NCBI RefSeq assembly: GCF_006345805.1
Contig: NC_043002.1
Location: 94,364,001 to 94,428,000 of the forward strand
From: Octopus sinensis
Lineage: Eukaryota
Reading direction: 5' to 3'
DNA: 64,000 bases
In this document: one piece after another, positions 1 through 13,921 of the stretch
Layout: each line of letters begins with the position of its first letter
Position numbering within the stretch: position 1 is the stretch's first letter
Position numbers and translations under genes: made by a program
The notes under the pieces: generated by a model
What the model was told of the DNA's origin: nothing
Seen by the model: only the letters and a program-made list of their open reading frames with translations
The model's database searches: none

Positions 1-109
1 TTACTTTGCATTTACATTATTTACATTATTTACATTTGACGGATACTTGTCCTCATCTTGTTTGTTGTTAACACAACGTTTCATCTGTTATACCCTCCAG
101 CCTTCATCA
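1..109 (-). mobile_element. Penelope-like terminal fragment with degenerate hammerhead-like core
   Basis: Minus strand reads TGATGA-A-GGCTG-GAGGGTATAA-CAGAT-GAAAC-GTTG, then a (TGTAAATAA)n tail. The hammerhead C3 is missing at the junction and stem II is mismatched. Confidence 0.5.
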
Positions 110-110
110 C

Positions 111-181
111 GAGCATATGGCGTAGTGGTTAAGAGCGCGGGCTACTAACCCCAACATTTCGAGTTCGATTCCAGGCAGTAA

Positions 182-228
<47 letters not shown>

Positions 229-263
229 TCGAAAAACAGCTTAGGAATGAGAACCCAGGTTCG
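111..263 (+). mobile_element. tRNA-derived SINE (head + (AAT)n + body)
   Basis: A box TGGCGTAGTGG (118-128), B box GTTCGATTCC (163-172), then (AAT)n. Confidence 0.75.
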
Positions 264-342
264 GACACTGTTGATTTTATACTATATTTCCACACCTTGT
301 TGATTAACCAAAATGGAACTACAAAATATACAAAAACAAGCA

Positions 343-490
343 GGCACAGGTGTGAGTGTGTGGTAAGAGGCTTGCTTCCCAACCGCATGGTTCCGGGTTC
401 AGTCTCACTGTGTGGCATTTCTACTGTAGCCTCGAGCTGACCAAAGCCTTGTGACTGGATTTCGTAGACAGAAACTGAAAGAAACACGTC

Positions 491-492
<2 letters not shown>
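343..492 (+). mobile_element. SINE family A head (CORE-type), internally deleted
   Basis: Matches full copies at 46196 and 56267 but lacks the CCTTGGGCAAGTGTC core segment. Confidence 0.85.
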
Positions 493-518
<26 letters not shown>

Positions 519-525
<7 letters not shown>

Positions 526-1205
526 AATAAATAAAATATATGCATACATACATACATATATGTACGTACCTACATCTACATGTATATATACATATATTCC
601 TGCGAAAGAATTAAATAAAATTCCTTTGCAGAGGGGTAAAAACAAGGAAAGAAAAACATGTGACAAGAACGGGACGTAAAAGCAATACAAATATAAAAAC
701 AATACAAAATAAAAATACAAATACAAAAAAATGCAGTACAAATAAAGAATAATCTGTTTTTATTCTTTATTTGTACTGTATTTTTTTGTATTTGTATTTT
801 TATTTTGTATTTGTTTTTTATTTGTATTGCTTTTACGTCCCGTTCTTGTCACATTTTTTTCTTTCCTTGTTTTTACCCCTCTGCAAAGGAATTTTATTTA
901 ATTCTTTCGCAGGAAGGACTGTTTCGATGGGTCGTGTTCTGTCCTTAACTTCGAAACACGCATGGAGTCGAACTAAGGACAGCTGATGAAGGGGAATATT
1001 CCTTGTATTGTTTGTCTTGTACTCTGTTTTTTCGTTGTTAAAAAAAGTCCGTTTCCATGTTTGTTTTTACGTTTTCGTTTCTCGTTGAGTTCTGCGTCTA
1101 TTTGTGGTGCCCTGTACTCATATATATATAGGCATGTAAATATACATGTAGATGTAGGTACGTACATATATGTATGTATGCATATATTTTTATCTATTAA
1201 ATTAT
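519..1205. repeat. Inverted duplication / hairpin of a Penelope-like terminal sequence
   Basis: 597-752 is the reverse complement of 760-915 (7-bp spacer TCTGTTT). 519-590 pairs with ~1138-1205. Both ORF-track peptides begin MYCIFLYLYFYFV on opposite strands. Confidence 0.9.
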
Positions 1206-1282
1206 TGCATGACTGAGCGCCCTCGCGTCGTTTCGTTTCTTTTCTGTTCTCCAAGTAAGTTTATATATATATATATATATAT

Positions 1283-1569
1283 ATCACCGTGATCACCGTG
1301 ACCGACCAGGCTATCAGATGTTGCTACACATCGCTAGTCACAATGCGCTTCGCATTGTTTTTAGCCTTCAAATGACGCCACCCCACTGGCTAAGCGAGCA
1401 GGCCAACAGAAGAAAGAGTGAGAAAAGGTAGTGGCGAAAGATCGCCGGAGCTTCATGTTTTGACTTGATTTAGTTCAATAAACACTCACAACGCCCGGTC
1501 TGGGAATCGAAACCGCGATCCTACGACCGCCAGTCCGCTGCCCTTACCACTGGGCCATTGCGCCTCCAC
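1283..1569 (-). mobile_element. SINE family B (tRNA head), internally deleted
   Basis: Reverse complement of the 11977-12289 copy; head GTGGAGGCGCAATGGCCCAGTGG, tail GGTCACGGTGATCACGGTGAT. Confidence 0.9.
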
Positions 1570-1570
1570 A

Positions 1571-1619
<49 letters not shown>

Positions 1620-1679
1620 CAATCATATATGTGCGTGTTTGTGTGTGTGTGTGTTCGTATGTGTGTGTATGTGTTTGTG

Positions 1680-1870
1680 CCTCTGTTTGTCCCCAACCAC
1701 CACTTGACAATCGGTGCTGGTGGGTTTATGTCTCCATAACTTAGCGGTTCGACAAAAGTACCAAGCTTTAAATAAATAAGTACTAGGGTCGATTCATTCA
1801 ACTAAAATTCCTTCTTTGCGGTGACCCAGCATACCTCTAGTATTAGTGACTGAAGCAAGTTAGAAGATAA
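1680..1870 (+). mobile_element. SINE family A 3' tail, diverged
   Basis: GTTTGTCCCC...TTAGCGGTTCG...GACTGAAGCAAG resembles the tails at 46400-46570 and 56470-56663. Confidence 0.7.
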
Positions 1871-2278
1871 AACAAGAAGATTAAACCACAACGGAGTGAG
1901 TAGAGCACAAGGAAAACAAGCATTTGTATAATTTGAGTTTCTGATTTGTGTTCCGTTTCCTGTTATATCTAGCACACTTCTTTTGCACTGCTTATACCCT
2001 CGAGAAAGCTATGATCGTGAAAATACTTGCGTCTTGCAACATGTCTTTCCTTGGGAGGTAATCACCCATTGGTAGAAAGCACTGACTGTTTATAGTAAAT
2101 GAAAAAGGTACAAAAGTTTAAATTTAAGTTTCACTGTGTATAATAATTTGTTAGCTATTCTTTCAACGAAACGAACTTTAAATGATTCATTAGAAATAAG
2201 CAACATTAGCTGCTCTGTATATTGAAAACAAACGAAGTTCTGTATGTAGTGTTTTTGCATCAATGAGGTTTCGCTTCT

Positions 2279-2336
<58 letters not shown>

Positions 2337-2345
2337 ACAACAACA

Positions 2346-2385
<40 letters not shown>

Positions 2386-2432
2386 GGTAATACAACAGAA
2401 AAAAAAGTAACCAAAGATATAATTATATATGA

Positions 2433-2464
<32 letters not shown>

Positions 2465-2693
2465 AAAGGATTCCCTACCCAGGAAAAAAATATTAAAAAA
2501 TAAAGACTCCACAATATTTACGAATACCCTCTAACCGAGCACCACCCCACCACCGATCTGAAAACATAGAATGCAGTGGTGAGCAGCGAAGATTCTTACG
2601 GAGAATGAAACTATATCGTAATTGTATTCAGCAACCATTGAAAATACATACATACATAATACATACATACATATTATATATATATTATCTATA

Positions 2694-2761
<68 letters not shown>

Positions 2762-2765
2762 ATAT

Positions 2766-2797
<32 letters not shown>

Positions 2798-2873
2798 CAT
2801 ATATATGTATATGTATGTATGTATATGTATATATACATATTTATATATGTATATGTATATATATATATATTAT

Positions 2874-2958
<85 letters not shown>

Positions 2959-4683
2959 TATTTATGATATATATAATTATATATATATAATATAATTATA
3001 TATATATATGTATATATATATATGTATATATATATATGTACAGAGCTTAAAACAAAAAAAAAAGTTGAAAGGAACGAAAAGAAAGTTTGGCCACTGAGAA
3101 ATGATCGAAAGCAATAAGCTATAATAATGAAACTAATCAATTATCGATTTAAGAAACGTGCGAGGCAAATAGGAAGATTAGCCGAAGCAAAAGAAAGTCA
3201 GTTATATTTGTGCTTTCAACTGTGACCTGCAAATAAAGAAAGAAAAAGAAAAAGAAAAGAAAAGAATTACAAGTAATCTATGATCAAGCAGCCAACCAAC
3301 CACACACACATACACATGCGCACACAAACATCCTGCACCATCTCTGCTCCCCCCACCTGCCGCCACAACTACTTCATGTGGAGCTCAACATTGCTATTCT
3401 GCTTTGTTGATTCATATATATTATTCTTATTGATGCTCTTTAGTTCTGTAAATGTGTTTCTGTATGTGTGTGTTAGTGTGTGTGTGTGTATATATATACG
3501 TACATGTATATATTTGTATATATTATATATTATCCATATATACTCACGTTTGCATGTAAATACATACACACTCATATGTAGTGAGATTGTGTATATATCT
3601 ATATACATATATGTTCGTATGTGTATTTATGCATGCATGTATATATTCCTGCATATATAAATATATATGTGTGTGTATGTATATATACATAAATATACAT
3701 ATTTATGCATATATATATATACGTATATATCTATATATATATATATACATATATATACATAATATAAACATACATACATATATACACACATGCATGTATA
3801 TATATATATATATATACATTTATACATACACACACGCACGCATGCACACACACACACATATATGTATATATATATATATATACATACGTATGTATGTATG
3901 TTTCTATGCATGTATGTATGTATGTATGTATGTTTATATGTATGCATGTATGTATTATGCATGTATGAATTTATGTATGTGTATGCATGCATGCCTACAT
4001 ACGAACAAACAGCATAAACTATATGTCCATATATTTAAAACCTACTTTAACTTTTCATTTTTCTGCCGCTATTTAGTTCCTCCTCCCACCGCTACCCTCA
4101 CATTTATGAATTATTTGTTCGCAAATGCTTTTCTTTTCTTTTCTTTCTCTTTGCATTTTCGTATTTATGTGTTTGTATGAGCACATGTGCTGCAGTGATT
4201 AGGAGGTGGTGTACATGTACGTGAAAGCATGTGTGTGTGTGTGTGTGTGTATGTGTGTGTGTATGTGTATGTGTGTGTGTGTGTGGAGGGGGCGTATATG
4301 GATGTGTGCATTCATCATAGAAGAAATTTCCATACGAAAGAGAACAGAATTTACCATTCTCAAACACTTGCACATACTCATCCCCTCTCCTGGCTTCACA
4401 TATTCCACCCAACACTTTGTCCCCTCTCTCTCTCTCCCTCTCTCTCTCTCCCTTTCTCTTTCTCTACGTATTTATCTATTTCATATACACATAGAATTTA
4501 TATACTCAAAGATATGTACGTGCGTGCATATGTATGTGTGTACACACACACATGCATACACACATACGTATGTATATATCGACGTGCATGCGTATACATA
4601 TATATACATGCATATAAATGTGTGTGTGTGCGTACATATATTTGTATATATGTATGCATGTATATACATATATACATACATAG

Positions 4684-4721
<38 letters not shown>

Positions 4722-4986
4722 TTTACATATTTACACCAAAATCCTCATACACGTGTATACACAAAATTTACGATTGCATAAACATAATTAACATACATGA
4801 ATACACACTGATTTATATAGAATAGTGTATGCATGTGAATCGAATTTAAACCATTTCGTTTCTTTTTATATAAATTTTTGTTATATTTCATGCTTTAGTC
4901 ATGTTTTTTCCCGTCTACTCTTCCACATGTCTCTGCCCCACCCACCCCCATCCCATCTGAGCACAGTTTAGAATATTTATCCATTT

Positions 4987-5021
4987 GATTGGCTACGCAG
5001 CACACTGAAGTTATGACGTCA
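4987..5021. promoter_or_regulatory. Candidate CCAAT box + perfect CRE
   Basis: ATTGG at 4988-4992 and TGACGTCA at 5014-5021 in unique sequence, ~30 bp upstream of ACCATG (ATG at 5053). Confidence 0.3.
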
Positions 5022-5943
5022 GCTATTCAGTGGTAGAAGAAAACCAGACCACCATGTCTATTGAACTAAATCAAGTCAAAAACGAAGGACTAGAACGATG
5101 TGGTTGATTGATTTGTACATGTAAAAACAAATGGTTACATTTTCAGCTCAGCTCTAAAAGACAGAAATGATGATGATGATGATAATAATAAGCAAAAAAA
5201 AAAACATGCAAAAGGAAACATTGTATTTGCAACAACAACAACAACAGCAACCCTCCTGCTACAAAAACAATCACAATAATGGCGGCAATAGAAAGACTTT
5301 TGCTAACACCTTTAATAGTCTTCCTCTTACTTCTCCTCAAAGTCCTGACCTCGCCTGCTTCGTTTATAACTTCTTTTCTCCTCTACTCCGACTTCCTTCT
5401 ACACTCCTCTTAACATCATTCTCTTTCTATTCTCTTCCTGTGTCTGCCTGTTTGTCTGTCTGTCTGTCTCCCTAATTACTACATGCAATCCACAATCAAA
5501 CCATTGAACAATAAATAAATAAAAATAATTTAAAATATCTGTAAAAGAAAAAAAAAAGTAGTTAATAACTCTACTCACATATATCGGGGGGGGGGAATTA
5601 TATTTCAACCACATCAAAATTCGTGTACGAATAAAATTATCGCTCAAATACGCAAACTTCGCAAGCGTGACTGCAAGGAACACGTCACAGTCACGTGAAT
5701 TCGGTTTCAGTCACAGTACACGTCAAGTGTTACTCGGGAAATATGCATCTATACATACATATGCATATATGAGAGGGTCAATCCATATTTCATATCTTAG
5801 TATTTTTTCTTCGAACCAAATTTTAAATTTTAATTCACTTGAAGAAAACGGGTTTTTTCAGGATGTAATCGAATTGCTCATCAATGAAAAAAAAAAACAC
5901 GTCTGAAACAGCTGCAGTGAACCTTAACCCATTTGTGTTCTTT

Positions 5944-6141
<198 letters not shown>

Positions 6142-6333
6142 CAAAATGGAGGCGAACACCTGTCTCCTTGTGATCGGCTTGAAAAATTGTTAAGGTACTG
6201 GGATATCACCCACTTGAAACGAATTGTAGCCTTAATTCACAAATAAAGAAATTATATCCAGCAATGCGATGTTGAACTCTCATTTTCATCGTTCGACATT
6301 TACGTATAATATATAAAAATATAATATATATAT

Positions 6334-6405
<72 letters not shown>

Positions 6406-7670
6406 ATATGTGCTTGTGACAGGTTTAAACTTTTAAAGGCGAAGTCTATTATTTATATGTTTTAAACGTTGGAAATTATTATCGTGATGAAAATTTCACA
6501 AATTCAGTCTTTTTTCTTTTTCCAAATATTTCCTTAGTTGTAAACAATATACCTTAACAAAGCCTTAACGATAACCTTAAAAATCTAATCATAGCCACAA
6601 ACCGAAATTTTCATTGCAGATCTCGTCTGTATTTGACTCATAACGTAAAGCCGGAAAAAATACATCTAAGCATTTTGTCTGGCGTGCCCGCTTCGTAACT
6701 ATTGGTTTCTCTTACATCTAATACAGAAAAAAAAACGGAGGCAATTTTTTTTAAACGGAATATCAAGAATAGTAAAGTTATTGTTGGTTGTATACTTGGA
6801 AATAGAAATGCCCTGAATAAAAAAAAAAAAAATTATCGACGTCGAAAGGATGAAAATCAAATTTGATCTTGGCAGTATTTGAACTCTGAACGTAAATCCG
6901 TAAGAAATTCCGCTAAGAATTTTATCCAGCGTGCCATCTTCCCAACCAGTGGTTTCTCAACATCATCGTTGGTTAACTTATTAAGCTACCGTCGTTGATA
7001 ATAAGACGTGTCAGTGATTCTTCGTTTCCAAAGTACCATGCAAATGAAAGTATATACTTTGTCAAAAGTTTCTACTTTCTTGGCCAAAAAGGGTAAATTT
7101 GATTCCTACAAATGAAACTATAGGAATAAACGTAAAATGGTAGATTAGATTATAATCAAGTATAGTGATGTCATTATTGAAATTGAATCTAGCAAATATT
7201 TTACTTAAATTCCTGATTAACATGACTAATAACTTGTAGGGACGTCGTGTTTCGTTATGCAACCATAATATGCTTATATAATAAATATTAAACGCTTTAG
7301 AAGTCAATACTGTGTTAGCAATGCTATTAAATCATTTGTTAAGGTTATCTTTATAGATATATAGAGCAGCGCTGGCAATAACTTCTATAGAAAATCTATA
7401 GAAACAACCTTAACAAGTAACATGATTAAATCCTCGCTATTAATTATCAGATGTATCGAATGTTAATCGAAGAGAGTAAGAACGATTAACAGCGATCACA
7501 CATATTCTTCTGAAAAATTATGACCTTCATCGCGTATTAGTTCTTGTTGAGGTGAGAATGTAAAGCTTAGTAACGATCCTCTTGGTGCAGATGGATACTC
7601 ATAAAGATGTACCAAATGAATTTATCGGAAGGAATTGTTATTGGGAAAATGTTATCGAGCACATTCAATA

Positions 7671-10107
7671 CACAGGTCTGCGACCAAAAGATTTTAAATT
7701 TTATTGGTTGAAATTAACCAAGCTTTATCTTCTAATTTCAAAATTTACAAAGAAATCATAATATAACGTAGAGTTTCATAATTTATTTTACCATTACGTC
7801 CAAATTTGACAACTGTCTTTTATTATTACAATTAATTGCCATATTTAAATTGACTATAACAGTATAACTAATAGACGTAATTTTGAAAAATTACATCTGG
7901 CAACGTTTAGACCGCTTCACCGACACAGAGCGGTGTCTATAGTTTCTGTCACCCGCAATGATTGAAGAGAGAAAAATGCACTTTACAAAGTTACGAAGTC
8001 AAGTCGCTTAGGTTAAAACGTATATTTTTCATTTCAGTTATTTCCTCATATCTTTTTTCTATGTATATATGCTACATACATTGTTTTATCGCATAATATG
8101 TTACATTTTAATGCTTTTTAAATGATATTATGTATACATTTCGTTGGTAAATCTAATACTAATAAGAATGTTCCATTTTCATTTCCTTACAGATTTTCAC
8201 ATCATTTGAAGCAAAGATATCTTCTAGAAGACGTGCAGCAAGTCTAGCCCATATAACTTTTGTTACATTTGTGGTGAGTTTAAGGCGAATACACGTCAGA
8301 GAAACATTACTGAATTTGTCAAAAAAGCTTACTATACCTACGTCGGTGTGAAAGTAGGGGTCCGAGATAAGAATGGATTCCTTATAAGGCCTGCTCAATT
8401 TGTGTTGAAGAACTAAGACACTGGACAAAATATACAAAGAAGTCTTTTCGCCTTGCGGTTCCAATGATATGGAAAGTGCCTCAAAACCACAGTGATGACC
8501 ACTACTTTTGCTCATTTAAGGTGCAGGGACACAATTCGAAAAGTGGACAAAACATTGTTTATCCAAATCTTCCATTTGCATTGCGACCTATTGTCTATGG
8601 ATCAGACGTTCCAATCCCAACATCACCAGGAAACCTTGAAAACATACACTTGAGTCCTGAATCAGTAGGCAGAAATAGCAACGACAATGAAGGTGAAGAA
8701 CCTCAACCAGTGTCAATTAAATGATTTAGTGAGGGATTTAGTGCTCGCAAATGAGTCAACAAAACTTTTAGGTTTCAGCCTTAAATCCAAGAACCCTGGC
8801 ACATTATTTTATTGGTATCATAAGCGCGAAAAAGATTGTGTTCCTTACTTTGCTCAAGATTTTAATTTGGTTTATTGGTTTATAGTACAGAACCATCAGA
8901 ACTAATTGGAAAGTTTGGCATAAGTTACAACTTTAACGAATGGATACCCTTTATTGACTCTTCAAAGAGAAGTTTTGAAGGTGTTTTGCTGCATAATAGT
9001 AATAAATATGCTTTCATCTCTGTTGGACCCTCGGTGATCATGAAGGAAACATGAAAATTTAGTGTCACTCTTACGAAATAAAAAAATTCAAAGATCAAAG
9101 CTCGAGGAATTTTGCTGACTTGAAATGTTGCTTGGACAACATTCAGGCTGCACAAGGTTTCCTCCTTTCTTACATAAATGGGACAGTAGAGCCAGGGACG
9201 TCCAACAGTCTAAAATAGAATGAGCAAGAAGGGATACGCTTATATCAGGAACAAAAATATCCTTCGAGAAAGTTCGGTTGATCTGAAAAGAGTTATTTTG
9301 CTACCTCTACATATAAAACTTGGCCGCTTGAAGCGATTCGTAAAAGCTTTGCAACAGGATGCAGAAGGCTTCAAGTATTAGCGTAGCAAGTTTTCTGCTC
9401 CATCAGACATCGAGGATGAACATTTTGGAAACTCTCTTAGTGATTCTGAAAAAGCGGTAAGGATTAGTTTTAAAGGTGTGATGAACAACTTGTGTAATCA
9501 CAAGGATCCAAACCACAAAGACATAGTGGGAAGACTGCTGGGAAAGTTCGAGGCTTTGGGATGAAAATGAGGATTAAGGTTTGTTTCCTACAAGCCCATT
9601 TAGATTTATTTCCGGTTAATCTGGGAGATATGAGTGAGGAGAAGGGGAAAGGTTTCATAAAGATATGAAGGGAATGGGAAGAACATATCAAGGAAGATGG
9701 AGTGTCAATAAGACGTCCTACTACTGCTAAATGTTGCATCGTGAACGTTCATCAAATGCTCGCAAGCGTAAGAGATCTAGGCGAAGTTTCCAAATGAAAA
9801 AGTAGAGAATTTGAGATGCTGACTCTAAACAAAAGTGAATGGAACCTTTGTAAGAATCTATTTTCTCACCTTTGGCATTTGTGCCATTTTATTTTGCTAA
9901 ATAAAGGGCCAAATTCAATTTTATTAGTTTCACTATGCACTACCATTAGTAGATTTACTTGCAAATTATGATGTTTTATCATTGAACCTTACGTAATGGG
10001 AAAGAGCTTTTTTTTTGATATTTCGAATTAGCACAACAAAAATATTTATAAAGTAACATATGAATAACAAAAAGGTATTTTCAAAATGTTCCATTTTGTA
10101 GACCGTG
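7671..10107 (+). mobile_element. Decayed DNA transposon, probably Chapaev/Chapaev3 (CMC) type
   Basis: Imperfect TIRs CAC(A)GGTCT at 7671 and 10107. Frameshifted transposase ~8217-9740 with CYICGEF, MIWKVPQNHSDDHYFC, LNDLVRDL, IDSSKRSFEGVLLHN, PLHIKLG and YQGRW motifs. Superfamily assigned from recalled motifs. Confidence 0.75.
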
Positions 10108-10274
10108 TTATTGGGTGTATGACATAACAAATAATAGCTCGTAAAAACTCTTTCATTCCATTCTCAATTTCAGTTTTTTTGAAAAAAATTACACCTTTTG
10201 ATCAACAGATACTTTTATTTTCATAGGGGAAGTAAATGAAAAATCAAATGCATTTCTAGCTATCTATCTGTCTG

Positions 10275-10363
<89 letters not shown>

Positions 10364-11019
10364 ATCTGTCTATATCTGTCTGTATACATGCATGATTACC
10401 TACATATATGTGTATGCAAGTGCGTGCACCCGCGCGGTTGTGTGCTATGTGATTTTTTATCCGCGCATGGATTAAGATTTTGCTTTGTCTCTTCCCTTTC
10501 TCTGTCAATACATATATCTGTGTGCTTGTTGCTGAGTGAGCGAGTGTGCATGTCGGTGTGTATGTGTGTACGCGCGCGTGTCTGTATGGATTTTGACGCC
10601 ATGAATTATTTCACTTTCATGAATGGCTGAAAACTTCTATTCTGTTTTCATAGAACATTTTCCGATTTTAGAAATCCCAGAAATATACTAGAACTTAGTT
10701 TAGGTTAGGCAAAAAGGCGGTGTTTAAGAGCACATTAGTCGAAACATTTTAATGTTACCATGTACTGTTTCATGAACACACAAACAGAACTATTATAAAA
10801 TGTTATGATCTCAGTTATACTAGAGTTAAATAACTCTGCTCACATGTACGTTGCTAGTTCAGTAGTTCAGTAGATCATTTAATGTTTTGAAGTAGAAGGT
10901 TGTCTGTGTTCGCTGCAAACTTTCTGTTTCCATATCATGGAAGGTTGGCAAAACTTATTTGCTGAAACAGTAGCAAATAAGTTGATATGTACAGTATGCA
11001 TGTTTGTCTGTCTTCTAAC

Positions 11020-11210
11020 CTAGTGATTAGGGTGTTGCACGAACGATCGCTAGATTATAGTTTCGATACTCGGGGAGGGCGGCGCGTTGTGTTCTTGAGC
11101 AAAACGCTTCATTTCACTTGACTCTGTGATCATTTTTACATATGACGTGTGGCACTCGTGTGCACCTATACAGACAACGCCCATTCGATGGAAGGAGTGT
11201 TCTTATGAAA
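11020..11210 (+). mobile_element. Degenerate tRNA/CORE-like SINE
   Basis: GTTTCGATACTC B-box-like motif followed by GTGTTCTTGAGCAAAACGCTTCATTTCAC core-like segment. Confidence 0.5.
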
Positions 11211-11452
11211 ACAAACATTTGATCATTATTAACAAATCATCTATGTGGTTGTTCAGCAAGAAATTGTGAAACCCTCATTCGTATTCTGACGTGTGTATTT
11301 ATATAACTGTGTACGTGCATGCGTGCGTGCATACGTGTGTGTGTGTGTCTGTATGTATATATGCAGGTATGTGTATGTGTGTGCGTGTGTGTGTGCACCG
11401 TTTGCTTATATGTTCTCACACTAACTTCTGTCGTTTTGACATAATGGAACAG

Positions 11453-11513
11453 GTGATGATGGTATCATCATCAGCAGCAGCTCCACATTACCAAGATATC
11501 TTAACCTGCTACG
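11453..11513 (+). CDS. Candidate exon of unknown + strand gene (phase 1-2)
   Basis: Branch-like CACTAAC, pyrimidine tract, AG at 11451-52, GTAAAA donor. Reads DDGIIISSSSTLPRYLNLLR. Confidence 0.35.
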
Positions 11514-11976
11514 GTAAAAAGGTTAAGACTCCCTTCAATCATGAATGACCATGAGATTGCACCTAGAAAGTTCCCCTCCGGGGCACAAGTCCGGGCAAGG
11601 TGGTGTTTTTTTTTATGGAAGGCCAGTAGTCGCTCATGCATACCAGCCTGCCCTCTCCACGCCACTGATGTTATGCAAGGCTGTTTGTTGCATTCTACCT
11701 CTTTACTTTCCTGATCTGTTGTTTTCAAAGTAGTTAAACCTGTAATCGAAACTTTGCTTCATATTGTAGTTATATGAAGGATTTATCGTTTTTGCATCTT
11801 TGTCCGTCCTTCTATCCTTTTTGCTTCCTTCACCTAGCATCTCTGGCTTCTCATATTCTTATATACAAATTTACACACAAACACACACACACACACACAC
11901 ACACACATACCTGCATATATACATAAATACATATACATACATACATACATACTTATATGTATATATATATATATGT

Positions 11977-12287
11977 GTGGAGGCGCAATGGCCCAGTGGT
12001 TAGGGCAGCGGACTGGCGGTCGTAGGATCGCGGTTTCGATTCCCAGACCGGGCGTTGTGAGTGTTTATTGAGCGAAAACACCTGAAGCTCCACGAGGCTC
12101 CGGCAGGGGGTGGTGGCGATCCCTGCTGTACTCCTTTGCCACAACTTTCTCTCACTCTTTCTTCTGTTGGCCTGCTTGCTTAGCCAGTGGGGTGGCGTCA
12201 TTTGAAGGCTAAAACAATGCGAAGCGCATTGTGACCAGCGATGTGTAGCAACATCTGATAGCCTGGTCGGTCACGGTGATCACGGTG

Positions 12288-12289
<2 letters not shown>
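11977..12289 (+). mobile_element. SINE family B full-length
   Basis: A box TGGCCCAGTGG, B box GTTTCGATTCC, tail ending in a repeated CACGGTGAT unit; four other copies in the window. Confidence 0.92.
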
Positions 12290-12334
<45 letters not shown>

Positions 12335-12630
12335 AACATATTTAAACATATTTCATTTCACTTTCATTTCGTTTAGTATATTTTGCTGATTTAAGACGAG
12401 TTATCAAACTAATCGAGAAACTGAACGACCCAAAACTAATTGAATTGTTTTTTACACTTTTGAGTCAGTTTACTTTCCACTTTCAGCTTGTGTGTATACG
12501 CGGAGTGACCATTTAAAGTGGTTGGACGAATTCGGCGTCTTCTTTCAGCATGCAGGCATGGCAGCTTCTGTACCCTCAAATATAATTGTACCCTATACAA
12601 TTATCTGTCTCTATCTGTCTGTCTTTCTTT

Positions 12631-12774
<144 letters not shown>

Positions 12775-12778
12775 GTAT

Positions 12779-12818
<40 letters not shown>

Positions 12819-13330
12819 GTATATACATATATATATATATATATATATACATATGTATATACATGCTTATATATAGTGGTGGGGATCCTCGATTTGAATA
12901 AACGTGGAGTGGCGTATAACTGACAAATAATTACAACATTCAGCAAATGAGACCGGAGGATAAGGAGTGAAGCAAACCTTATAACAGTAAATTTCGTTGA
13001 AGTTACGCTTAAATTAAAATTAAAATTATACTGGCGTTTTTAGAAAGGAAAGCTTGCCATACATCCATAAACAATTAAAATCGCTTATAGAACCACATCA
13101 AAAATGTATTTAAAAATGACATCCTTAAATCCATGTTTAGCTGGGCTGCAGAATACAACGAAGAGGTACTAAACATGCAGCGGATATCATGAAAGAATGA
13201 AGTACTCGTCACTAACAGCTAGAAGCCGCTCTAAAATACTACAAATTCAAATGTATTTAGCATAGATATTATATCTACTTGGCATTTAACTGTCAGTTAT
13301 ATTTTTCATGCTATTGAATAACAAGTGGTG

Positions 13331-13373
<43 letters not shown>

Positions 13374-13416
13374 GATATAATATATATATATATATGTATG
13401 TAGTATGTATATGTAT

Positions 13417-13517
<101 letters not shown>

Positions 13518-13732
13518 TATATATGTATAGATATATAATATATATATATCCCAGTAAACAATAGAAATCGCTTCATAGTAAAAAAAAACAACACTTTATC
13601 AGTATAACATGCTTACTGTATGCGTGTCTTTGAAAAGCCTGATGCTACATTTTTCCCGGACAAAGCCCACAGCTCCAGGCATTTTAACGGCACTCATTCG
13701 TTAAGTACGGTATATTGTATGTATGTATGTAT

Positions 13733-13800
13733 ATTTTTTTATTTTATTTTTATTTTATCTAGTTTCAGCTCACGCGCTGTGGCCATGCTGTGGCACCGCC
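13733..13800 (-). mobile_element. SINE/LINE-type 3' tail fused downstream of U6
   Basis: GGCGGTGCCACAGCATGGCCACAG...CTGAAAC + (ATAAA)n resembles the family A tail GGCGGTGCTCCAGCATGGCCGCAG...CTGAAAC. Confidence 0.75.
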
Positions 13801-13805
13801 ATTAT

Positions 13806-13889
13806 AAAAAATATGGAACGCTTCACGAATTTGCGAGTCATCCTTGCGCAGGTGTCATGCTAATCTTCTCTGTATGGTTCCAATTTTAG

Positions 13890-13896
<7 letters not shown>
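13806..13896 (-). pseudogene. U6: U6 snRNA pseudogene, 5'-truncated
   Basis: Minus strand ACATATACTAAAATTGGAACCATACAGAGAAGATTAGCATGACACCTGCGCAAGGATGACTCGCAAATTCGTGAAGCGTTCCATATTTTTT = U6 nt ~18 to the 3' end with 4 substitutions; ACAGAGA box intact; first ~17 nt absent. Confidence 0.95.

Positions 13897-13921
<25 letters not shown>

Noticed and set aside
111-183. Genuine tRNA gene
   Set aside because: The acceptor stem does not pair, and the sequence runs into (AAT)n and SINE body.
939-1005. Functional hammerhead ribozyme (GAAAC...GTC...CTGATGA)
   Set aside because: No stem I hairpin can form, stem III is mismatched, and a competing hairpin exists (939-953/971-983).
2531-4825. Long ORFs rich in YI, YVCM, HT, LS
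   Set aside because: Translations of (TA)n, (TATG)n, (CA)n and (CT)n tracts that simply lack stop codons; the same applies to most ORF-track entries.
12915-13301. MITE with 11-bp TIR TATAACTGACA
   Set aside because: The TIR is short and AT-rich and there is no second copy in the window, so chance is plausible.
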